Source: Raillietiella orientalis
Taxonomy: Eukaryota
Direction of reading: 5' to 3'
Assembly (NCBI GenBank): GCA_036172245.1
Contig: JAYWIR010000029.1
Coordinates: forward strand, 1,426,001-1,490,000
Length of the DNA: 64,000 bases
The position numbers and the translations under genes were made by a program. The notes beneath the pieces are model-generated. The model was not told the origin of the DNA and searched no databases. It worked only from the letters and a program-made list of their open reading frames with translations. Positions 11,817-24,250 of the stretch are shown here, piece after piece (the stretch's first letter is position 1; the number at the start of each line of letters is the position of its first letter).

Positions 11817-12680
11817 TAATTGCAGAGCAGCAGGACCCCATTGTAAGCAAGGATAAGTGCAAAAGAGGTAATGACCACAAATTTTCGACTTGCAATCTCT
11901 CCGAGATCTCGACCAAAGCTCGAATAGCAAAGAATGGTTATCATGGCTAGATCCCAAAAAAAATCATTTTTCACCCCTTCAGGCATTTTTAAGCTGAATT
12001 CAGTTTATTTTTCTCCCTTTTGTACAATTCGTGGTTCTTAACCAGTGATCACACACTTTTGTTCTTATATTATTTGTGATTACGAAGATCCACTGACACG
12101 GTTTACTTTCGGCATTCACTACTGGTATTCTTCACAACTCCTCACAAGACACTGTAAATGCTTTTATTTATGCAGCTCTTTCTTGTTGCCCTTTGATGCA
12201 AGAAATTGAAAATTGCTGCTGCCAAAAATAAGGCGACCAGTATTTTCAAACGTTACACTGGGAAATTTCTGAATATCCAGTTTCTCCCAAATTGCACGCT
12301 CCCTTTAGTCAATTACGTATTTATTTATTACACATTCGGACTGGCAGCAATGCTCGTCTTTGGTGTACTGAAATTGCTCCCAGACTGCGTCCTGAATCCT
12401 ACCGTTACTCGAGGTAGATTTTATTCAAATGGAGATTACTTGGGGGAGCAGTCCACACAGTTGCGCTGTTCGCCTTTATCTTTTTATTTAAAAGTCATTT
12501 CGTCAAATTACAAAAAGGCTCATCTTCACATGGGTCTGCAAAGAATGCACAACATTCAGTCCGAATATCTGGGTCATCTTCCTCCGTGGCATACGCAAGT
12601 CTCCCATAGTATCTGGGTTTTCCCATTTGGCAGCATACAGAAGAATATGGTGCATACTGTTTTGCACATTTGGAGACCAC
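11817..12680 (-). CDS. Cys-rich protein gene with short introns (possible folate-receptor-like fold)
   Basis: Exons 12680-12512, 12479-12440, 12398-12332 and 12302-12257 are joined in frame by GT-AG introns of 32, 41 and 29 nt. They give VVSKCAKQYAPYSSVCCQMG...TECCAFFADPCEDEPFYKGEQRNCVDCSPKIQDAVWEQFQYTKDEHCCQSECGACNLGETGYSEISQ. Downstream CDHWLRTTNC and a hydrophobic possible C-terminus (KFVVITSFALILAYNGVLLLCN*) are tentative. The start lies further upstream and is unresolved. Confidence 0.65.
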
Positions 12681-13379
12681 CTACAGGAAAATGAGGAAGG
12701 AATCCTCAAATTATTCATCTGCATATCAGTCAGTTGAGCAAGATTTTCTAAAGCAGCGTACATGGAACCGCCTGCTTCGAACCCTTAACGATTTCCTGAA
12801 GTGCTCGAATCTCTTGATAGTTCTGTTTCGAATTCATTCTGCATTCCGACTGAGAAAGAGAAGGAGTGTAACTTCTTTTCTTTCTCATTTTTTTTTTTTT
12901 TTTTTCCAATCCCATTACAAAATCCACCCACTCCGTTCCGATACGAAACGAAGCGCCGCCATTTTAAGCGCTGGGATTCGCTTATGCCGGGAAGCGTGGC
13001 CGCACGACAACAACCAGCGCCATCCGGCGATGCCGTTGTGAATTACCGTAAATCATCACTGAGAATCACTGGAGATACCTGCATGCCGTTTTTGTTTTCG
13101 TTTTTTTCACAGCACTGTATCAAGAACGTTGGAAGTAATGTGAGTCTGGGAAGGTATTCTGCAATCTGCTACGAAATTCGGAAATCCAGAGCGTGTACAG
13201 TTTTCAGTGATCCTCTAATGGGGACGAAGGAACAGCAAAGAAAACCAGTAAAGAACTACGATACGAAAACGCAATTTGCCTTCTTCATGAGAGCTGAATA
13301 AAAGACCTTACAAGAAAAAAACAAAACAAAAGCTTTAAAAGCCATTGAAACAAAAGGAACAATGAAATAAAGAAGGGAG

Positions 13380-13800
13380 GCTACATCGCATATGATGCAT
13401 TCAATGAAATATGAAGTTCGAAAGACATGGACACAAAACTCGGCATCCACTTGGAAAGAGTTTTTTTTTTTGGAACACTATTGATTGCGAGAGGAAGGCA
13501 ATCAGTGCATTTTTCGTTCTGGAATCCACCCAAACATTTGCTTAGTTGATGTATCTTTATTTTGTTACAGTGATAAACCCTGATCATACCCAAGTATGCA
13601 TACCAGGGATTCACTCTGACAAGCAGCAGCTAAGAAACCAGAATTCCGGAATTCCGTTAGGGTCTTGCGAGAACCAGGAGAGGCAGATCGGCACCACCAC
13701 CGATGGATTTGTTTCTTTAAAAATGACAATTCTCTTCTTTCCCGACCCCGAGGCTTTTCTGATGGGCACTTGTGGTTTCCACACCTCTCATCAAGCTGAG
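13380..13800 (-). mobile_element. decayed LINE RT fragment (domains 0-2)
   Basis: RKASGSG (cf. KAPGPDG) at ~13750, then EKCTDCLPLAINSVPKK (cf. CxNYRPISLLSVxGK) in ORF 13381-13614. Confidence 0.4.
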
Positions 13801-15249
13801 GCTTCGATTAAGGGCAGTTTGGCCTCTGCTTCCTTATATCTTTAGCTACTTCTCAGTCCTCAATCATCACATTTTGGAAAACTGCCTGTCTGTCTGCACC
13901 TCTCATGAAAGTTTTCTTTCTTTTCTGTCTGAGTCCCTTGAACTTATCGTCCTTACCCATGTCCCTCTAACAGGGAGGACCAACGTTGTCGTAGAGCACG
14001 TTGGTCATGGCTTGAAAACTACTGGTCCACTCTCAAGGGAGCTGGAAATCTTCCGCTTACACAGCGAGAAGAATCGAGTGCTCATTCGTTGCTGGAATCA
14101 AAGACACGTGGGCTGAGCGTGTTTTCCATGAGCAACCTTAGATGTGGGAAAACCCAGTTGAATTTCTCGGCTTGGCATTCACGTTCACGAGATTAACTTC
14201 TTCTTTGCCTTGGCTTCTTCGAGATCTGTGCAAGCAGGACCCAAATTTGCTTATTTGTTCCCCTGCTTTTAGACTGTTGACGCGCACGGGATTCTGGAAA
14301 GGCAGTCGAAAAATGCAAAAATCTCATATTTAATGCGAGATTACTTATGGACTAAGGGGGCAGAATACATTACAGAGGCACTTAGTATCACCACGGATGG
14401 GGGAAAAAATGGAAATTCTTTAGAGATGGGAAGAAAAACGTTGCCGACTTATATTTTTCCTGAAACAAATATTTGCAGTGAGAAATCGAGTTTTCGGAGA
14501 TGGAGAACTTGCTTCGGGCATCGGAAAAGGTGATGCGGTTATACAAACAAATAGAAATATTAATCTTTGAAGGCTAAGAAGAGAACAGCTATGGAACCAG
14601 CGCATCACAACCTACTTAACCATGCTGCAGTCCTCTTAAAGACACTCTTCGAAGCATTCAATCTGCAGCAACCACATGGACTCTCCCAATCCACAGAATA
14701 TCTCTGAGGAGAGAATGGTTTCGGCTGAGCAGAAGATAGAGCCCTCCCGCCCCTGGAACATCGTGATAGCCTGATGCTGCATTGCTTGAAGTCAGAAAAA
14801 ACGAAATTTTTCAAAGTAAATTCTTGATTAGGTCCAGATAACCCAGCTTTTCAGAAAAAGAGGGCCTTGGATTCAGTGTTTTCTTCCTCAAAACAAAACA
14901 TTCATACTGGATACGCCCTGTCTTCTTGATCTGCATGGTGCTCTTACGCCGCAGCCATCTGAAATTGGACCCTGTGAAGGTTTAAGAGGGCCAGATACCA
15001 AAAGTCAAGTCACCATCGAAAGCTAGATATCTTTAAAGTAGCATCCTCCATGCAATCGCAGGGCAGTATTCTTCTCATCTTATTCCTTCTAAGAGGAAGA
15101 AACACGGCAAGGCTGAAGATTCTTACATTTTCTTTTTTTCTCGTTTCTTTTTTCCTTTGTTTCATCTAGTTCTCTTCCGAAGTTCACAAACATGAGCAGG
15201 ACCGCATTAGCTGCTGAAGTCTTACGACGAACAGGGAAGCAGATCTTCG

Positions 15250-16150
15250 CTGGAGGAGACAGATTGCGATGGATCATTCCAGATGAGAAACGAAACCCCA
15301 GATTCGCTGAAAAAGAAAGGAAATGACTGGTACCCACTTTATCAGTAAACTGATCGTTATCAGGGCATCCAAATAAACAAATTGGCAGCCGATTCCCTCT
15401 GGGGTCCCCAATTTCCGAGAACCAGGAACACACCTTCGGATGACATGGGCAACGAGAGAAAAGAGCACAACTAGGGTACTTTTCTCCAACACGGGGATGA
15501 CTGGCAAGGTCTCCCAGAAACCTGTCTGCCCATCGGTCTTTGGTAATTCTAAAAACGATTGACAACTTTCGTCCATTCGTCGCAGCGCTGCTAACTGGTT
15601 AATCCAGGCTTTCTTCTGCTTAGCCACCAGATTTCCTGAAGCCTTGGAACTCATTGGGAAGCAGAAGTAGGTTAAAAGTGTTGTCCACAGAGAAAGAAGA
15701 ATTCCTGAAGGCCCGGATTTAATGGTCAGTATAATCTCCTTGTTTTTGGCTCCTTAAAAAGAGAGATTTATATCTGTATTTTACACCACTGGATCCGTGA
15801 TGGGATGATAAGGCTTTTCATGATCGTCCTTTCGTTTGCAGACGGACGGGTTATCTTTTCAGCAGTCCGGGAAAATAACTTTCCTTTTCCTTCATTCCTT
15901 CCTGGACCAAGAGTCGTCGCAAACCCGAGCCTTCTCGGAAAGTCGCCAGTCGCCAGAACTGTTTCAGCAACGGACATGTGTCTCTGAGCCGGATGATGGG
16001 GAAAGAGGAAGGATTCTCGAAAATGCACTGAAGATTTTCCGGGTTCCAGAATGCACTTCTTCCATAGGGGCTTTAAATAAATCAGAGGCAGTTCTTTAAG
16101 TTTCGGGATAGTGGGACCACATCTACCAAATGCCACGCTCCACTGGCAAC
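15250..16150 (+). mobile_element. decayed LINE RT fragment (domains 3-5)
   Basis: RRIPEGPDLMVSIISLFLAP at ~15695-15755 (cf. GVPQGSxLSPxLF), followed at the expected spacing by VLSFADGRVIFS at ~15826-15861 (cf. xLxFADDxVxxS). Confidence 0.5.
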
Positions 16151-17900
16151 TCTGAACCATGTTGCGCTATTCTCGTGGCCGCTGGCACGGAATTCTGATG
16201 CAGATCACAGAGATCATCGACTCCAAAGAATACCTCGCCTGATTGTCTAGGGATTACTAGAGACCAGTGATTCACAAGAAGAAAAAAGTCTCCGGATTCG
16301 CACAAGAACCCGAACGGAATGATGCAAATAGAAGGCAAACACTGCTGCACACGAAAACAACACATTAATTGATGGCACGTGAAGGGGCATGGCGAATCGA
16401 GGTGAATAAAAGTTTCAAAGAGATTTGTAAATGGAAAAGATGTTTGAGTGGCTGCTCACTGTAAAAGATCTTTCATCTTGCATACTCGCGAGCAGTCAAA
16501 CGATAGGCAGCCTCATTGAACACAAGGAGGCAGCATGGAAGAGCTGACAGGAGTTTTTCTTCATGAGTTTAGGTGGAATTATCGAAAGCGGGAAGATGTT
16601 TGCTAATGTACCCACTTGAAGAATCGCAGTTGGCGGAGATCCAGTCCCGATTAGATGCTTGTCCCTCCCATCACCTCCGAATAGGTCCAAGCGATCAAAC
16701 ATTCCTATTGAGAATTCCTAAATTTTCCGTTAACCAACAAGGGAAGACCAACAGCACTCTCATTTCAGTGATTCAGAATTCATAGGACAAATGAAACTAT
16801 GGGACCAAGAGAATGAGCTAAAAAGCCAATTTAGTAGTGCATTCAAGAAATGGAATGGATCATCACTTGGGAGAGAGGAAGCTTCGAAACGCTGGCAGGG
16901 CCTCAAACTCATCTGAACATTCCCATGATTGCATAAAAGCAGCTGCAGGCTAGAAGCACTTTAAACCTGGAATGGGACAGTTTCGAAGGTCCTGCCGTTC
17001 ATCCATTGTAAGTAACTCTTCCTAATTAAAATGCACTAAAACTTCACTTGCGCATGTCGATCCCTACATCCCAAACAGTTCTGCTTTCAACCCACGAACA
17101 CCTGCTACTAGGTGGGCAAACAAGACACTCTCTGTTTGTGAGAATCCGTGGTCTTCCCGACCTCCGAGGAATCTCTCACATCCCGGCTTGCGACGAGTAT
17201 CCGAATGTCACGACGATCACGGAGATGTTTCAGATGCCTCCCATTCATTTCATGAGCAAAACCAAGAGTTTAGTTGTTCCCTCCATAGACTTTTCCGGCT
17301 TGCGAACCGTTAGTGCGTCCTTCACGCGGTAACCGAATTAATAGTCCCAGTTTTGCGATGGTGGATGCACGCAGATTCAAGTATTTCAAGGAGCATTTTT
17401 GAATCTTTGCACGATTCGGTTCCATTCCCGAAAGTTGCGAATGCTTCCGTGCCGTGCAGCCCGGCACGCTTTTCCCTATTCTCCCAAATCCATAAATCTA
17501 CCATCTCTTCTTTTTCTTCCTCTTCACTGCTGTGCCTCGTCAGAGAGCATGGACGTTGGCCTTCCGTTCTTCCCTACGTGATGCCACGAGCCGAAGAGAA
17601 CGGCTGCTGCTTCGATTCTTACTGCGACCCACGCGTTCCCCGCGAGACGTCACTGGAACTCATTTGCTGCAGCTGGTCCTTGTTTATCGTTTGATCTTGG
17701 ATAGAATACGTGCCTCTGCCAGTAAGCCCGGTTAGTTTCCACTGGAACAACAAAGCCTGAAGCTCAACGGCATCTAAGGTTAAGACAGACTTGATGGGTC
17801 AAATGTTCAAAGATCCAAGTCATCTCTTCGTAGGCAAGGCATTTTTTTTTTTTGATTTTTTTGGCCGTTTGTTTACTGTTTAGCATTAGTTATTGCAGTT

Positions 17901-17942
17901 CGTGAGATAATAAAAGAATAATAATGCTTTTATTATCTCACG
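17901..17942. repeat. perfect 16-bp inverted repeat with 10-nt loop
   Basis: CGTGAGATAATAAAAG (17901-17916) and CTTTTATTATCTCACG (17927-17942). Confidence 0.9.
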
Positions 17943-19454
17943 CCAGTCGTGATTATCATTATTTTTTTATAGAAGCATTATTAGATTATAAAGTACAAGC
18001 TGTGAATACGAACTAGAGTTGGTGGGGATTGAATTCATCTCAGGTGACTGGTATCATGCTCCTTTGGCTCAGTGATGGGAGGAAACTGTTTCATCTAGAG
18101 AAACGGAAATTGCCTCTTGTAGGAAACTAAAAAAAAAATGTACCTGTGGATCCAGAAACTGAGCACGAGATAGCAGCAAGCCAGCATCCTCATGGTTAAG
18201 ATGTGGCAATAGAGATGTATGGATTCTCTGCCCGAATCTGGAAATGCAGATCTCGGATACGTGTCTTCAGCCTTACGCACCTCCCTGGGAATGGAGACAC
18301 GGGAATGCACAATTTTGGGGCAGCCACGGGCTGTTAAGTAAATGAATCAGAATTTATCGAAGATTTCGAAGATTATTTGTGCGATAATAAAGTGACAGTT
18401 GCTCTTATTTTGCAAGGTGCAGCATGGTCCCAATTTGGGTAGGAAGGAGGAGGAGAAGATCCAGTTCCTCTCTTTCTTGTCGAACAGTAACTGAGGAGAG
18501 ACTTGGCAAGGAATGCAATCAATCTGAAGGTGAGAAGACCCTGTCGTAGTTTGCCTTTTTTTTTTTTTTTTTTTGTCCCTGGAGTGCAGGGAAAATAGGG
18601 AAAGAGGAGTGTTTCTTGTGCCCAAGAGAAATACGACACAGGGTCGGTCTTTTGAAGTCGTAACACGCAGTGCTTGCGTCCAGGGATGCAGCGAAACTCA
18701 CGAATCTGCACTAACGTTGGAATTCCGCTTGCTTAATTTCCCTGGGAGATGGCTGCGCATCTCTCACGATGATGTACGACGGATCCTTCTTCATCCTGTT
18801 TCAAGGAGCACCGTGTTGTTTCACCACACGATCTTCGGATGTCTCCATCGGAAAGGAATCCCGCGGACCGCCAGGGGCAGGAAAAAAAAAAACAAAAACA
18901 AAAAGGTTCCTCCCTATTGTTGTGTTCCCTCATATCTGGCAACTGGGAGCATCCTGCCAAACCCCTTGAGCGCGAGTTTCATTCCAGTTTCAGGCACGTA
19001 AACACCAGCGAGGCATGTGTGAAGATTCGTAATGACGTATGCGCCTGAATTTTTGCAAACACAAAAAAAAATGCACACTTTCAAAAAGACACAAGTGTCC
19101 ATCAAGACTTGGGCTCACGCAAGAGTAGCACCGGAGTAGTAGTAAGAGACGGGACACGTCTCGGATTCCCCTTAATCTAGTTGCAGTAGCAATGCGGTGC
19201 AATGGGCGGTTTTGGTGACGTGATGCAGATCAGCGTCACTTCGATCGAGGCGCCGCAAGGAAATCATCTTCCCTTCTTGGGAAAAATCGAATCATCAGAA
19301 TCGAAAGACGCGCCCCAACGTGCAGCTTGCGAAATGCTTCCCGCCTATGACTAGGGCTCTCGAAGAATGGGCCTGCATGTTCGTAGCAGCAAACACTTTC
19401 ACTGGAATACCTTTCTTCCGCTGAACTGTGGAATTCAGATGCTCCATCCTGAAC

Positions 19455-19930
19455 AGGGAATCTCTTCCTTGTTCTCTGGGACTCTCTGAAAAGGATCCGC
19501 TCCTGGTTTCCTCGTCTGAAGAGAACCCCGAAGGGACGCTCCCCTATTTTCCTGAATGGCTCTCCCCGAAGGGAGCAGAGCGCTTGTTAACGCTCTGGAG
19601 AGGCACCCCCCGAGGAGGATATCGACCAGCTCCATGGTAACGGCTCCGTTTCCACAACCGGAGGGGAACGACCCCGAAGCTGTCTTTGATTCCTGGAAGG
19701 TTCCCGGAGAGTCAACTCCCAATTCCAGGCAGTCACCGGGGGCATCCGGCTTCCAGAAGTGCTCCGCCTCTCCCGGAGTCCGTGGGCCGACCAGCGTCAT
19801 CCTGCGAAGGGGAGGGAACTTGGAAACCCACGGCCCGGCCCCCTATTTTTTGGTGTTCATCCTCCACCTGGAGATCCGAACCCGCAACGCTTGGTACCAG
19901 GAGCGGGGGGACCGAAGCCGCTAACGCAGG
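19455..19930 (-). mobile_element. SINE-like family copy with head and body, lacking the 3' end
   Basis: The reverse complement aligns closely with 59450-59955. Even the spurious ORF translations match (AVTMELVDxLLGxCLSRAxTxALLPSGRAIQENRxASLRGSLQ in ORFs 19435-19800 and 59691-60038). B-box-like GGTTCGGATCT at 19882-19872. Confidence 0.85.
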
Positions 19931-20001
19931 CATTCCGCGTGTTGAGGCCATCGTGTGCCTCCGGATCCAGTTGGGAGCGATTTGGCACAGGAGACAGCGT
20001 G

Positions 20002-20888
20002 TCATCTCTCAGCTGGCATCTGGTGCAGCTGCGATCCCGCTTGCCGTACGCAGGACCTTGACCTCAAAAACCTTGAGCAGGAGGGAGGGGGCGGGGGGGA
20101 AAGCACGTACGAAGCTGTGGTCCAAGAGTCGAGTGTGCTCCCCGGAAGCGGGAAGCATGACTCCAGCTTCCGTATCACCCGGTGCACGACATGGCTTCTC
20201 CTCGGCTTGCACCCATCAGGGAATGACGTGCCTGGCTGCGGTGAGGATACACAAACCCAATGCAAGATTCCACGCCCAATAGGATCGGATGGTCCCGATA
20301 GACTATTCGGTTTCCCGTTTGATAAGACGGTGCTCAGAAACCCCATCATGACTGTGGTCTGTTGACGAATTTCATCACCATCAACCAGTGTCCACTGGCA
20401 GCGTGTGGTGTATGACATAAAAAAAAAAAAAAAAAAAAAAAACGTGGTGTTTTCCGGAAGGCATCCCAGCAGAATTCCATCAGCTGCTTCGCAGGATCGG
20501 GAGCAGGAGCAAGTCCAATGCCGCATTGGTGATGGCAGCAGAATTGAACGAAGCAAGCATAAATGGCGGGGAGGGGGAGGGGGCGAAAATCGATAGTCGA
20601 CAGACTGTTCCTTTGCTTCACCCAGTTCTGGTCCTTTGCACGATGCTGAAGCACCAGAGTCGTTTTCGAGTTTCCCGCAGTGTCACCCACATGGAAGACT
20701 GGCTCACATTCATCTGGGGCTGGCACACATCTGTCCACATACGTGACGAGCATCGGTGACGAAACTCTCATCTGCGCTCTCTCTGACGTTTTCGGACCGG
20801 GTGGCAGAAGCTGAAAACTTTTATAAGCGATCCAGCACGATGGCACTCGGAGACGAAATCCCCTGCGGATGCAGAACTCGTCATTCAC
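20002..20888 (-). CDS. orphan multi-exon protein gene
   Basis: GT-AG introns at 20605-20484/20487, 20443-20395 and 20352-20303 (frame-changing), plus probably 20256-20206 and 20110-20072 (3n), give one open frame. It reads ...KDQNWVKQRNTADGILLGCLPENTTGHWLMVMKFVNRPHLSGPSDPIGRGILHWPRRSHVVHRVIRKLESCF...MPAER*. No family recognised; start uncertain. Confidence 0.5.
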
Positions 20889-21799
20889 CCGACTTCATTT
20901 CCAGCTGACTTGTCTGAAACTTGAATCGTCCTCGGACTGGGAGCGCCATCGCAACTGCAAAAGCGGTATCCTATGAACCCCGGTGTCCCGAAGAATCTCG
21001 CCCACAGCCTCTCTCACTCATGATAATGATCTCCAACTCAACATGTCATCAGTTAATCACTCTCAGCCATTAGAGCCCTTCTTCCAAACCGAAGATGATT
21101 TTCCGACGTCCCCAGAGTCCACGTTTCCAATAGTGGAAACACGGGATTCCCAGTGCCAGTCTGTCGAGTCCGGGGACCGAAATGAATGATAGGAGAAGGA
21201 GCGAGAAGGAGCTTTTTGTTTATCTTGCATCGTTGAACGCTGCTTTCAGGACCAGCAGTAATACCTGGATGTCAGAAAATGAAATGACCACCAATTACGC
21301 GGCCGCATTTTGTATGTACGTGGCATGCAAATCGGAGGAAAAAGTAATATCTTCGTATTTAGGAACTTCATTAAGACAGGGGAAGGAAGTAACTCATTAG
21401 TGTCTTTCGCATTACGGGACGAAAAAGAAGAAGAAAAAAACTTCCTTCTTTGGCACTTTCCGAACGTCGTTCGCCGCTTTGTCAGAAGCATCCCTTCCGG
21501 TCACCCGGATCGCGGACCTGCCCGCCTTCCGCACCCATCCCACGGAGTGCATTTCTGGCTGACCAGGTGTCGTTTTTTTCAGCCGCGAAGGACGTGCGAA
21601 ATGAGTGTATTTTTCTTTCGAGCTGAGAGTTTTCCCTTTCGCAGCCTCCAGACTCACAGCTCTTCTCTTTTTGGCTGAGTGTTTACCCTTTTTCTTTCTT
21701 TCTTTTGTTTTTTTTGATTTGGATCCGGATGCAGGCAGCAGCCTTTTCCCCCTATCTTGCTGTCCTTTGCGACCTCACACAAAGGTCTCACATCAGTAA

Positions 21800-22898
21800 G
21801 CAAAATTTCCTTTATGCGAACTCCGTTGCCGTAAGTTGCAAAGAGTCTCCCGGGCGTTTCTGAAAGCGAAGTGAGCCCTGAAGGCGGTTCCATTCTGACC
21901 GTGTGACGAGCACTTGCACAGGAACAGCTTCTTGGCGCCCTCCTTCGGCCCTTTGCTCTTGAAAGAGTCACCTGGTGGTGAAGCAGCACCAGGAGCTCGG
22001 AGCGAGAGTGTCTGCACAGACGCGTCAGACTCGCGTCGCTGAGAAACAGCACCAGGAGTGTCCTCTAGTGCATGCGGAAGAACCACGAGACGGAATGAGC
22101 ACAGTCCGCGGTCTTATTCGCCGACGCAGTGGTGGTCATTGGCTACCCGGAAAAGCCGATGACCTATTGAGGCAAAGGTCGGCGCATTTCGCGCGGCGCG
22201 AGGAGCGTTTTCCTCGCTCGGAAGGCTCTGCATGCCCGGCGAGCAACTTTTTGGCAAAAGAGGGCTTTCGGCGGAACCCCCATCGATGTGCAAGTTGGGT
22301 GGGCATTGCGTCTGCAGTCCACCGGTCGGCCCACCCGACCCTTCATTTCGAGTGGCGGTCAAGCATGTGTCAATCTGATAACAGAAGGCGCCCCCAGTAC
22401 CGAGCACGAGACCCGAAGATTCCCGAAGGCCGTTGTCCATCACCGGAACAGCTTCTCGTCGCAAAGCTGGCGAGCATCGGCAAAGGACAGTGCAAGGAAG
22501 TGCAAGGCGTGAGTGACGAGAAACCGCCCGGGAGCCGTTTTTGCGGCGACGTTGCATGCCTGCTGCAGCACCTGCAAATGGCGAGGCAAACGCGAAGACA
22601 GGAAGAGCCACAGGAACGAGGAGGAGGTCTTGCAACGTGGCTCCGAGACCGCGGGCGGGAACGCATTCGCTCGCGCCCCGAGTGCAGCTCCTTTGAACCC
22701 GCGTGGTTCAGATGACGAGGTCAGTTTTTATATGTGCTCTTCGCACGGCGACTGCTCCCTGCATCAGGGGAGGAGGCCCCGCCTGGAGGAGGAATCCAAG
22801 GGTGTTCCCAAGGGGGAAGGAATCCAAGCACGTTTCGACCTGCTTGGTGCCCTGTTCTTCGCGGAGGGGTTGGTCCAGCGTCGAAATCTCCAACGATC
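21800..22898 (+). mobile_element. decayed LINE RT 3' half
   Basis: RALAQEQLLGALL at ~21907-21945 (cf. GLxQGSxLGPLL) and SAVLFADAVVVIG at 22105-22143 (cf. xLFADDVV). WLRDRGRERIRSR lies further on (cf. WxDRVRNExIR). GC-rich and frameshifted. Confidence 0.55.
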
Positions 22899-23807
22899 AT
22901 TAAAAATAACATGTTTGCCTATTATACATGTTAATGTATACATTAATCTATATATTAATATATATTTATATGTAGATTAATATATATTCAAATATAGATT
23001 CGTATGTATTCATGTATAGATTCATATATAGTACAAAGATTATAAAAATAAATATGCATGCTAATTATGTATCTAAACAAGCAAGCACATTTATTTTAAC
23101 GTACATAATTATTCATATTTATTAATATTAATTTATATTTATTAATAGTAACATTATTTTAACATATACGTTGATTAATATTTATAAGCATATGTATTAT
23201 TAATATTATTCAATGTGTATTAATTTATTATGAATACATATAATAAAGATATAGAAAGTAAATATATATGTTCGTGATTTTTACCCATACATATTTCTGT
23301 GTATATTTATGTGTATAATAAATGTATATCGAATGAATATATAAATACCGAATTTAAAAAAATAAAAAATAATTGTGTCAATTAAAAATGCTGGAAAAAA
23401 ATAAAAAAGCAGACAAACTAAGGAAACAAAAACAAATTAATTTGATTTTTCGATCACTTTCAACACTCAGTAAATGACATTTTCTCAGGAAATCCCATTT
23501 TCGGGATTTTCATCGTTTAATAAATATATGTGCCTATAATTCGATATCTATACATTCATTTCATATACATTTATTATGTGTATAAATATATAGTAATATA
23601 TACAATAAACATATGTATTAATTGCTGCAATCCTCACTACATATATGTGTTGAGTAGTATTTATCAACATATATACTATTAATATAATTAATAATGTGAG
23701 TAGTATATATTATCAATATATATCACACATAATTAATATATTATATATTAATGACATATTACTGTGTATTATTATTCATATCATTCATATCAATAAATAT
23801 GTATCGG
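22899..23807. repeat. ~900-bp extremely AT-rich low-complexity island
   Basis: Degenerate TA/TAT/ATA repeats with sharp boundaries against GC-rich flanks, and no ORF in the track. Confidence 0.9.
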
Positions 23808-24250
23808 GATCGTTGGGGACTTGGTTCCGCACCCATCCGCGGAAAGTGGACTCTCGGAACATAGGAAAGCCCTAGGCCCTACTGCCTGGATGGTCAGGCA
23901 GTCCTGCATACCTCCTGATACCGGGTAACAAAACGGCTATGTGTGTACGGAAGCTGTGCCAGCTGATGCGATCGGTTTTGCTTCGGAGAGGCAGAACAGC
24001 GTCGAAGGCCGCCTTTCCGTAAGCAAAGACAACAAGGGGCTGCTCGATCCTCCGGGTTTCATCTGCCCTGCTCTCTGGACCCTCCAGAGTTTCCATCCTT
24101 CTAGAGCTGAAAGAGCCCCACTTTACGAGAGTGTAAAGCAGCATATCCGAAGTTTATCTGTGGCTCTTCTTGAGCACGTCAGAAGCACCTTCCGGTCCGG
24201 GTCCATAAGAGAGGACATGCTGGATGCTGGATTCCGTTTTCATCGTTTCC
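23808..24250 (-). mobile_element. decayed LINE RT fragment (domain 3)
   Basis: IEQPLVVFAYGKAAFDAV in ORF 23872-24144 resembles RT domain 3 (xxPLxVxFxDxxKAFDxV). Confidence 0.45.

Noticed and set aside
12105..12152. TGA read as a sense codon (SCEEL*RIPVVNAE), suggesting a variant genetic code or selenocysteine
   Set aside because: An alternative AG acceptor just after the TGA removes it. The 20.0-20.9 kb gene splices cleanly under the standard code. One ambiguous case is insufficient; codon-usage inference on conserved genes would be needed.
20250..20300. Ankyrin repeat (DPIGRGILHW), or a SPRY motif (SGKHHW) at ~20390-20455
   Set aside because: These are single short motifs. The ankyrin helix pattern does not continue, and the SPRY-like frame has an upstream in-frame TGA.
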